Below the pieces are notes generated by a model, which saw only the letters and a program-made list of their open reading frames with translations, searched no databases and was not told the origin of the DNA. Shown here piece after piece: positions 9,593-16,931 of a stretch of 49,619 nt of DNA; the first letter of the stretch is position 1; each line of letters opens with the position of its first letter. Both the position numbers and the translations under genes were made by a program. The DNA comes from Chthonomonas calidirosea (lineage in GTDB: Bacteria; Armatimonadota; Fimbriimonadia; Fimbriimonadales; Fimbriimonadaceae): contig CAMAPH010000019.1 in NCBI GenBank assembly GCA_945859975.1, forward strand, positions 1 to 49,619, written 5' to 3'.

Positions 9593-10356
9593 TCGGTCAA
9601 AAACATCTGCGGTACGCCCGGAACGTTGTGCCCCATCAGATACAACTCCACCGTCGCCTTCTCAAACACGAACCCGAGTTGGTCGGCCATGAGGGTCGTT
9701 CCGAACCACTCGGTTCCATCCGTGAATGGTAGCGGCTGATCTCCTGGAGTCCAGATTCCTTCTCGCAATCCGTTCGGCTCGGCGCAGAGATACCCATCAC
9801 CAAACCCTTCACAGATTCGATAGTGCCAGTTCCAGTAGCGCCACCGCGCGTCGTTCCGGCGCAAGCGGTCCGGGTGTTCGTTGGACCACGCGTCATACTT
9901 TGCGCGGATTTCTTCAAATCCAAGCACGGGGCGATTCTCCGTCCAAGCGGTTCGTGGCAACGGAGCGCGAATCACTCGATCAAGCGGCACAAACCCCATC
10001 CGTTCGTAGAGCGCCAGATCGCGCGCGAAAAGCAACGCAGCCCCCTCTCCGTTACGCTCACTCTCGCGCAATACGCGCTCGAGCAATCGACCCGCAAGGC
10101 CCTCTCTTCGGCGGGAAGGCACGGTACAGACTCCCGCAATTCCGATGGCATTTCCCCAACCAAAGGCTAGAGGCACTGTCTGGAGTGCAGAAACAATCTG
10201 CGGCCCTTCGAACATTGCCCACTTCCTGCGCAGGTCAAACAACGGCTCGCCAAAGAAGGCATCGTAGGCGCGGTTGAAATCAATTTGGAACGTTTCGCAC
10301 AGGAGCCTCAGGAACGGTTCCGCCTCGTGTTCCCGGATCGGCCGTATTTCCGTCAT
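9583..10356 (-). CDS. GNAT acetyltransferase (Eis-like N-terminus)
   Basis: IAGVCTVPSRRREGLAGRLL acetyl-CoA motif A; LYERMGF. Confidence 0.85.
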   Translation of the reverse strand: MTEIRPIREHEAEPFLRLLCETFQIDFNRAYDAFFGEPLFDLRRKWAMFEGPQIVSALQTVPLAFGWGNAIGIAGVCTVPSRRREGLAGRLLERVLRESERNGEGAALLFARDLALYERMGFVPLDRVIRAPLPRTAWTENRPVLGFEEIRAKYDAWSNEHPDRLRRNDARWRYWNWHYRICEGFGDGYLCAEPNGLREGIWTPGDQPLPFTDGTEWFGTTLMADQLGFVFEKATVELYLMGHNVPGVPQMFLTDQF

Positions 10357-11311
10357 TACTTACCGGAGGTTGTACCGGGGGAACGCCAAAGGCTGCTTTC
10401 GGCCGAACCGCGATTGTCACGCGGACGGTTCGTGGCCGTACGCTAACTCCCCTCGGCGTCACAAGAGGAACCTCGATGGTCTGCGTCTCGCGAATCTGCG
10501 AGGCCAAGATCGGTGCCGTTCGAACCGTTCCGACCCGGGCGACGTTCAGGCTCGTTCCGTAAACGGTGACTTGCTCGGGCTGAGTCGTGTAACCAACAAT
10601 CTCAAATCCATCCGCCGCCTTAACGCTCTTCAAATCGAGCGAAACGAACGCCGGAAACTCAATGGGAGCCGGGGCAAAGGTTGGGGTGATGGAAACCGTG
10701 CTCGGCGTTGCGAGGGCGTACTCAATGTTCGCGCCCGCTGCATTCTGAATCTGCACATTCACCGTGTACGGAATAGCCCGGTTCGGTTCAACTGAAGTCA
10801 AGTCGATCACCGCCATGACCCGAGTGGCGTCTTTGATCTGAGATTTCGGACCCCGTACCTCGACTTTGCTCGGGCTCGAAAGGATGTCTTCAAGCACGTA
10901 TCGGTTGTCAGACAGCTTTCCGCTTGTCTCAACCGAAACGGTTACTTCTCGGGTTTCGATCGGCTCGAGCTCGATCGAAACCGTCGGGTTCTGGTCGACA
11001 AGGAGTTGCCGAAGGCGGTCCGGGACGACCCTGACCGAGTAGCTGGAAACACCCATTTTCGCTTGGTCCAGTTGAACCACCGCGCGAGCGTTGTCATCCA
11101 CCAAACCTCGAATGCCCGCAGGATTGCCGCGCACCATCACGCTGATGCTTCGAGGCTTGTCCTTCACGTACACCAAATCTTGATCGAGGCCGTCAATTTG
11201 AACCTCAAGCTGCACGTAGTTGACGCTGCGGTTCTGCGCCGAAACGACAAACCAAAGCGTGAACGACAACGCAATCGAGGCGATGAGAACCGGCCAATTG
11301 ATGCTTCTCAA
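10280..11311 (-). CDS. cdaR: YbbR/CdaR-like regulator of diadenylate cyclase
   Basis: N-terminal TM (SIALSFTLWFVV), repeated P..V.V.G YbbR-type units, directly downstream of cdaA with a 4-nt overlap. Confidence 0.85.
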   Translation of the reverse strand: MRSINWPVLIASIALSFTLWFVVSAQNRSVNYVQLEVQIDGLDQDLVYVKDKPRSISVMVRGNPAGIRGLVDDNARAVVQLDQAKMGVSSYSVRVVPDRLRQLLVDQNPTVSIELEPIETREVTVSVETSGKLSDNRYVLEDILSSPSKVEVRGPKSQIKDATRVMAVIDLTSVEPNRAIPYTVNVQIQNAAGANIEYALATPSTVSITPTFAPAPIEFPAFVSLDLKSVKAADGFEIVGYTTQPEQVTVYGTSLNVARVGTVRTAPILASQIRETQTIEVPLVTPRGVSVRPRTVRVTIAVRPKAAFGVPPVQPPVSNDGNTADPGTRGGTVPEAPVRNVPN

Positions 11312-12201
11312 TCCTTCACCTCGGCTGGTGCTTTAACCGCTTCGAGTTCCGCTAGATCCTTGGCCGCTCGACGTCCTTTGCGCACGTGTGGAGTAGAGGC
11401 GGGCATTTGTCGCAGTTCACGATTTAACAATTCGCGGAGCTCGTTCGAACTGCCGAGTCGCATTAAGGCGCCTTCTTGCGCAACGCTGATGGTTCCTCGT
11501 TCTTCCGAGACCACAACAACCACAACATCGGTTGCCTCACTAATACCGACCGCCGCACGGTGCCGCATATGAACGTGCGTATCAAGGTGGGTCGAATCGC
11601 TGAGCGGCAAGCGACATGCCGCCGCTACCACGCGATCGCCCCGAATGATCACCGCGCCATCGTGAAGCGGATTCTCGCCATAGAAAATAGACCCCAACAG
11701 CGACCCGCTCACTTCGGCGTTGAGCATCACACCATTTGATGCAATCTCGTCCAGCTTCGCCGCTTTCTCAATCACGATCAGCGCGCCAACGCTCTCTTCC
11801 TGCAATTCCGAAATTGCGCTGACGATCTCTTCAATCGTCTTCGCTTGTAGGTGATCTTCGTGCGCTCCGAGTTCAAGAATGCCAAGCGGACTGATCTTGC
11901 CAAAGCCTTCAATGGCTTGGCGAAGCTCCGGCAAGAACAGAATGACCAAGGCGACGGGGCCGAGAATAGTGGCTTTGTCGAGAATCCAGTGAAGCGTGTG
12001 CAATTCCAGACGGTCGGCAACGAAGAGCACGATGAGGAACGCAAAGACGCCGATCAAGATTCGCCAAGCCCGAGTGCCGCGGACTAGGAGCAGGAGACGA
12101 TACAGTAGGAAGGCAACCAGCCCGATATCGACGAGCTGAATCAGAATCTCGTACACGGAAAGGTTGCGTATGGACGAAATCTGCCGTATTGCGTCTTCCA
12201 A
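11308..12201 (-). CDS. cdaA: Diadenylate cyclase CdaA (DacA)
   Basis: Three N-terminal TMs, LFLPELRQ, GALIVIE, catalytic PLHDGA and RHRAAVG motifs, VVVSEERG. Confidence 0.95.
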   Translation of the reverse strand: MEDAIRQISSIRNLSVYEILIQLVDIGLVAFLLYRLLLLVRGTRAWRILIGVFAFLIVLFVADRLELHTLHWILDKATILGPVALVILFLPELRQAIEGFGKISPLGILELGAHEDHLQAKTIEEIVSAISELQEESVGALIVIEKAAKLDEIASNGVMLNAEVSGSLLGSIFYGENPLHDGAVIIRGDRVVAAACRLPLSDSTHLDTHVHMRHRAAVGISEATDVVVVVVSEERGTISVAQEGALMRLGSSNELRELLNRELRQMPASTPHVRKGRRAAKDLAELEAVKAPAEVKD

Positions 12202-12277
12202 TGCCGTTCCTTACATCATTGTATCCGCGAAGCCGAAAGCGACCGTTGCCAAAAGGACTCATAATCCATGCTAGGCC

Positions 12278-13372
12278 ATGCCGGAAGTCCCTAATCGCAC
12301 CCTTGATGAGATCCGCATCGATATCGACGCCGTTGACCGAGAGCTTGTTCGGCTCCTGAACTACCGCGTCGGCCTTGCCCAAGAAGTCGGGCTGATTAAA
12401 GGGCGAGATGGGAAGCCGTTCTTCACCCCCGAGCGCGAGCGGGCGATTTACGAGAAGCTGACCGACATCAATTCGGGCCCCATGTCCGGGCGACAACTCG
12501 CCAGCGTTTTTCGCGAAATCATCAGCGCCGCCCGGGCTGCCGAAAAGCCGCTGAGCGTCGCTTACTGGGGACCGGCGGGCACATTCACCCACCTGGCATC
12601 GATCCAGACCTTCGGCAACAGCAGCGAGTTCGTTCCTCAGGAGAACATCCCGGACGTGTTCCAGTCCGTCGAGCACGGCACGGTGGACTACGGTGTCGTA
12701 CCGATAGAGAATGCGGTCGCCGGTATCGTTCCCGAGACCCTAGACCAATTCCCGCAAACCAACGTCAAGATTTGCGCGGAAATGTACATTCCGATCCACC
12801 ACCATTTGGTCTCCACGGCCACGAGTTTGGGCGAGATCGAACGCGTTTACGCTTTCGGTCAACCGTTTATGCAGTGCAAGCGCTGGCTCAAAGGAAACAT
12901 TCCAAACGCGGAAATCATCGAGACTGCCCCCACCGCCCGAGCAGCCCAGAAAGCGCTTGAGGATCCGAAAGGCGCCGCCATTTGCAATGCCCTTGCCGCC
13001 GAGACCATCGGCATTCCCATCCTGGTCGAGCATATCGAGGACAATCCCGCCAATCGAACGCGTTTCATCGTGCTCGGTTACAACGAGCCCGCCCGAACCG
13101 GTCGTGATAAGACGAGCGTGATGTTCAACATTCGCAACCGCCCGGGTGAACTGGTGAAAGCGCTCTCCGTCCTGGAATCCCACGGGGTCAACCTGACCAT
13201 GATCGAGAGCCGCCCCGCCCAACGCGCGACCTTCGAGTACATGTTCTATGTCGACTGCGACGGCCACCGAAACGACGAAACCCTGAAGACCGGCCTGGAG
13301 CAACTTCGGGAGTTCACGCTCGAAACCACCGTCCTCGGCAGCTACCCGCGCCGCGACCCGCTCGATGTGTGA
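12278..13372 (+). CDS. pheA: Chorismate mutase/prephenate dehydratase (P-protein)
   Basis: N-terminal CM (IRIDIDAVDRELVRLLNYR), GPAGTFT, VVPIENA, NRTRF and ACT domain IESRP. Confidence 0.95.
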   Translation: MPEVPNRTLDEIRIDIDAVDRELVRLLNYRVGLAQEVGLIKGRDGKPFFTPERERAIYEKLTDINSGPMSGRQLASVFREIISAARAAEKPLSVAYWGPAGTFTHLASIQTFGNSSEFVPQENIPDVFQSVEHGTVDYGVVPIENAVAGIVPETLDQFPQTNVKICAEMYIPIHHHLVSTATSLGEIERVYAFGQPFMQCKRWLKGNIPNAEIIETAPTARAAQKALEDPKGAAICNALAAETIGIPILVEHIEDNPANRTRFIVLGYNEPARTGRDKTSVMFNIRNRPGELVKALSVLESHGVNLTMIESRPAQRATFEYMFYVDCDGHRNDETLKTGLEQLREFTLETTVLGSYPRRDPLDV

Positions 13373-13442
13373 GCGATTCTTCGGGCAGTTATCGCTCAAC
13401 AATCGGCGTTTTTTGAGCGATAACGGTATCCTGAATCGCTCA
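13370..13442. promoter_or_regulatory. Nested inverted repeats (four copies of TGAGCGAT/ATCGCTCA), putative operator array of the Fic gene
   Basis: TGAGCGATTC (13370-79) pairs with GAATCGCTCA (13433-42); GTTATCGCTCAA (13388-99) pairs with TTGAGCGATAAC (13413-24). Confidence 0.7.
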
Positions 13443-14527
13443 TGAGCTGGAATTGGCAATTGCCGAGCTGGCCGAATTTCGAATTCGACGCCAGAAGTCT
13501 GCTACCACAGGAACAGAAGTTCCTCGTGGGCGCAGGCGAAATCCGGGGGGCCATGCGTGCCGTGCCAAGCCTCGATCAAACCGAGTTCATCTCCGAAACC
13601 ATCGCGATCGAGGCCCTGACCACGAGCCGTATAGAAGGTGAAATTCTTAACCGCGAATCGGTTCAGTCATCAATCCTAAAGCAACTTGGGATCAAGCATC
13701 TGGAACGAAAAGCTTCTGCCGCGGAGCAAGGAATCTCCCAACTGCTTGTTGCCGTGTATCGAGACTTCGCCGAACCCCTCACGCATGAACGCCTGTGCGA
13801 ATGGCATGCCCTTGTCCTACAAGGGCGATCAGACGTTCCCGACCTCGGCCGGTACCGCACCGATCCGAGCCCGGTGCAAATTGTGTCAGGGAGCATCTCC
13901 GATCCGAAGGTGCACTTTGAAGCGCCACCGGCCGCCTTGGTGACAAAAGAGATGAACACCTTCCTAGCGTGGTTCAGCGAGGCAGAACATCCACCACTCA
14001 CGAAAGCCGGACTAGCTCATCTGTACTTTGAAAGCATTCACCCGTTCTCCGATGGAAACGGCCGGTTGGGCCGCGCATTGTGCGACGTCGCCCTCTCGCG
14101 CTCGCTTGGCTACCCATCGCTGACCCTGCTATCCCGCACGATCCAAGCCCGGCAATCGGAGTACTACTCGCAACTTCAACAGGCGAGTACGACATTGCTG
14201 GTCGACCCCTGGCTAAGTTGGTTTGCAAATTGCGCGATCGAGGCCCAAGCCAAATCAATTCAGACCGTCGATTTCGTGGTGGCAAAAGCAAGGATTTTCG
14301 CGCAACACGGCGAAAAGCTGAATGCACGACAGGAAAAAGCTCTACTCCGCGTGTTTAAAGAAGGTCCTGACGGATTTCTCGGTGGGCTCTCCGCTAGCAA
14401 TTACGCCAAGATCACAGGCGCATCGCCAGCAACGGTCACCCGCGATCTGGCGGAACTCGTTGAGATGAAAATTCTTGATAAGACCGGTGAAAATCGTGGC
14501 GCTCGTTACAGCTTGCGGCTATCTTGA
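13442..14527 (+). CDS. Fic-family protein (DUF4172 N-terminus, Fic domain, C-terminal HTH)
   Basis: WNWQLPSWPNF start, TSRIEGE, canonical HPFSDGNGRLGR, C-terminal SPATVTRDLAELV HTH. Confidence 0.93.
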   Translation: MSWNWQLPSWPNFEFDARSLLPQEQKFLVGAGEIRGAMRAVPSLDQTEFISETIAIEALTTSRIEGEILNRESVQSSILKQLGIKHLERKASAAEQGISQLLVAVYRDFAEPLTHERLCEWHALVLQGRSDVPDLGRYRTDPSPVQIVSGSISDPKVHFEAPPAALVTKEMNTFLAWFSEAEHPPLTKAGLAHLYFESIHPFSDGNGRLGRALCDVALSRSLGYPSLTLLSRTIQARQSEYYSQLQQASTTLLVDPWLSWFANCAIEAQAKSIQTVDFVVAKARIFAQHGEKLNARQEKALLRVFKEGPDGFLGGLSASNYAKITGASPATVTRDLAELVEMKILDKTGENRGARYSLRLS

Positions 14528-14572
14528 AGAAGAATCCGGTTCAGAGTTTCGATGCCCGGTAGCCAATTAGCC

Positions 14573-15028
14573 ATGACCATCCGACCCGCCACCCGTCAAG
14601 ATTTACCGCGAATCTGGGAGCTTATCCTTGAGCTCGCCGACTATGAAAAGCTTCTTCACAAAGTGGACGGCTCGCTTGAGCAGCTAGAGCGAGACTTCGA
14701 GCAAGCGTTCCAAAGCACGGTTGCGGTTGACGGAGAAGAGATCATCGCCTACACCCTGTGGTTCACAAACTACAGCACTTTCCGCACCAAGCCCGGCATC
14801 TATCTGGAAGACCTGTACGTGTCCCCAAGTCATCGCGGAAACGGCATCGGCAAGGCGCTTCTGCACGATCTATTTCAACGTGCTGAGCAGAAAAACTACG
14901 GTCGAGTGGAGTGGTCAGTGCTCGATTGGAACCAATCCGCGATCGATTTCTATCGTTCCCAAGGTGCCGAAGTGCTCGAAGACTGGCGAATTTGCCGGGT
15001 AACCATCGATTCGAAGACAAAGTTTTAA
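14573..15028 (+). CDS. GNAT N-acetyltransferase (diamine acetyltransferase-like)
   Basis: ELADYEK, YSTF...GIYLEDLYVSPSHRGNGIGKALL, WSVLDWNQSAIDFY. Alternative start at 14552. Confidence 0.9.
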   Translation: MTIRPATRQDLPRIWELILELADYEKLLHKVDGSLEQLERDFEQAFQSTVAVDGEEIIAYTLWFTNYSTFRTKPGIYLEDLYVSPSHRGNGIGKALLHDLFQRAEQKNYGRVEWSVLDWNQSAIDFYRSQGAEVLEDWRICRVTIDSKTKF

Positions 15029-15086
15029 CAATTCGAAACTTTCGTCGTATAATCCCGCATTCCCCAAAGGCGTGGAAATCAGGAGG
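15025..15086 (+). promoter_or_regulatory. Sigma70-type promoter and Shine-Dalgarno site for amt
   Basis: TTAACA (15025-30)-N17-TATAAT (15048-53); AGGAGG at 15081-86, 5 nt before ATG. Confidence 0.75.
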
Positions 15087-15091
15087 ATTCA

Positions 15092-16420
15092 ATGCGGGCT
15101 TTCAAACCTGCCTTAATTAGCTTACTTTCTATCGCGTCAACCCTCGCATTCGCCCAGGATGCTGCTGCAGCAGCACCTCCCGCCATCGACAAGGCAGATA
15201 GCGCCTTCATGATCATCAGCACGGCGCTGGTGCTTCTCATGACTCCCGCGCTCGCTTTGTTCTACGGTGGATTGGTCCACAAAAAGAACGTGTTGAACAC
15301 GATGCTCATGAGTTTCCTCATGATGGGTGTCGTCAGCATCATCTGGGTCGTCATCGGCTACTCACTTGCCTTTGGCAAGGCGCCGAACGGATTCATCGGC
15401 GGATTCGACTATGTGATGGGACAAAACGTGTCCGTCACCACACCATACGGCACGCAGACCATTCCTGCGGCCCTCTTCATGCTGTTCCAGATGAAGTTCG
15501 CCATCATCACACCGGCCCTCATTTCGGGAGCCATCGCCGAGCGCGCTCGGTTCCGCGGCTATCTGGTGTTCATGATCCTTTGGAGCATCTTCGTTTACTC
15601 GCCCATCGCATGTTGGGTTTGGAATGCTGACGGCTGGCTCTTCAAGATGGGCGCCCTCGACTTTGCAGGCGGAACGGTCGTTCACCTCGCAAGCGGAGTT
15701 TCGGCTCTCGCCCTCGTTCTCATCATCGGTCAGCGAAAGTCGCTAACTCCACCGCCAAACAACATCACCCTGACCCTGCTTGGAGCAGGACTCCTCTGGT
15801 TCGGTTGGTTCGGCTTCAACGCTGGATCTGCCCTCGCGATGAATGACATCGCCGTTCAGGCGTTCCTCGTCACTCACCTGGCCGCAGCCGCTGGAATGGT
15901 CGCTTGGCTCGTCGCCGAGCGAATGAAGACCGGAAAGAGCACCGCGATCGGTGGCGCTTCAGGTCTCGTCGCTGGCCTTGTCGTTATCACGCCGGCCGCG
16001 GGATTCGTTGACATCACCTCATCCATCATCATGGGTGTTCTTGCAGGCGTTGTTTGCTTCTTCGGCATTCAGCTCAAGCACAAGCTCGGTTACGATGACG
16101 CGCTTGACGTTGTCGGGATCCACGGCATCGGTGGTCTGCTTGGTGCAGTCCTTACTGGCGTCTTTGCATCGCCAGTGGTTAACAAGGCCATGGTCGAGCC
16201 GTTGCTCGAAACCGGCCGAATGAGCCTCATCATGAAGCAGCTGGCTGCCGTTGGTGGCGTCGGTCTCTTCGTATTCGTCGCCTCGCTCATCCTCGGGAAA
16301 CTCGTGGATGCAACCATTGGTCTCCGCGTTTCGGAAGCCAGCGAAAACGACGGTCTCGACTCCCGAATCCACGGCGAAAGTGGATACGGCTTCGACGACG
16401 CGCTTACGCCGACGTCGTAG
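15092..16420 (+). CDS. amt: Ammonium transporter
   Basis: LMTPALALFYGG, FQMKFAIITPALISGA, DFAGGTVVH, LWFGWFGFNAGS, DDALDVVGIHG; cleavable-looking signal peptide. Confidence 0.97.
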   Translation: MRAFKPALISLLSIASTLAFAQDAAAAAPPAIDKADSAFMIISTALVLLMTPALALFYGGLVHKKNVLNTMLMSFLMMGVVSIIWVVIGYSLAFGKAPNGFIGGFDYVMGQNVSVTTPYGTQTIPAALFMLFQMKFAIITPALISGAIAERARFRGYLVFMILWSIFVYSPIACWVWNADGWLFKMGALDFAGGTVVHLASGVSALALVLIIGQRKSLTPPPNNITLTLLGAGLLWFGWFGFNAGSALAMNDIAVQAFLVTHLAAAAGMVAWLVAERMKTGKSTAIGGASGLVAGLVVITPAAGFVDITSSIIMGVLAGVVCFFGIQLKHKLGYDDALDVVGIHGIGGLLGAVLTGVFASPVVNKAMVEPLLETGRMSLIMKQLAAVGGVGLFVFVASLILGKLVDATIGLRVSEASENDGLDSRIHGESGYGFDDALTPTS

Positions 16421-16931
16421 TCTCGTTGGAATCCTGCTCCCGTCCCGGCTCTGCCGGGACGGGATTTTTTGCGTCTGTGGGACTCAAAAACGCGGTCAGG
16501 ATCAACAAGAATGTGCCAACCGTGATCAACGAATCCGCGACGTTAAACACCGGGAAATTGATCAGCCGGAACCAGAACATATCGGTAACTTTCCCGAATG
16601 CCAGCCGATCGATCAGATTTCCAATCGCCCCGGCCGCAAACAATCCCATCGTCCAGTGCAGCAGCTTGGGCTCGCTCGCGTGACGGTGACTGTGAACCGC
16701 CGCCATACCTGCAATGATCAGCGCAACGGGCGACATAAAGACGCCCGCCCCTTGGAACATGCCGAAGGCAATGCCTTCGTTGTAGGTCAGGGTGATCTCA
16801 AAAATGCCCGGCCAGGGTTTGCCACCCAGGCTTCCTTGTTGGGGAATCGCATCGCGAACCCACGCCTTCACGCCCTGATCTGCGACTACGCCCGTTACGA
16901 ACACGGTCCAAAAGAGCGTTGGTCCCTTCAA
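16404..16931 (-). CDS. lspA: Lipoprotein signal peptidase II
   Basis: DQGVK, NEGIAFG, GAIGNLIDR, VTD, FPVFNVADS; follows ileS with a 4-nt overlap. Confidence 0.96.
   Translation of the reverse strand: MKGPTLFWTVFVTGVVADQGVKAWVRDAIPQQGSLGGKPWPGIFEITLTYNEGIAFGMFQGAGVFMSPVALIIAGMAAVHSHRHASEPKLLHWTMGLFAAGAIGNLIDRLAFGKVTDMFWFRLINFPVFNVADSLITVGTFLLILTAFLSPTDAKNPVPAEPGREQDSNETTTSA
16438..16470 (+). terminator. Rho-independent terminator of amt, lying inside the lspA 3' coding region on the opposite strand
   Basis: TCCCGTCCCGGC-TCT-GCCGGGACGGGA followed by TTTTTT. Confidence 0.85.
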
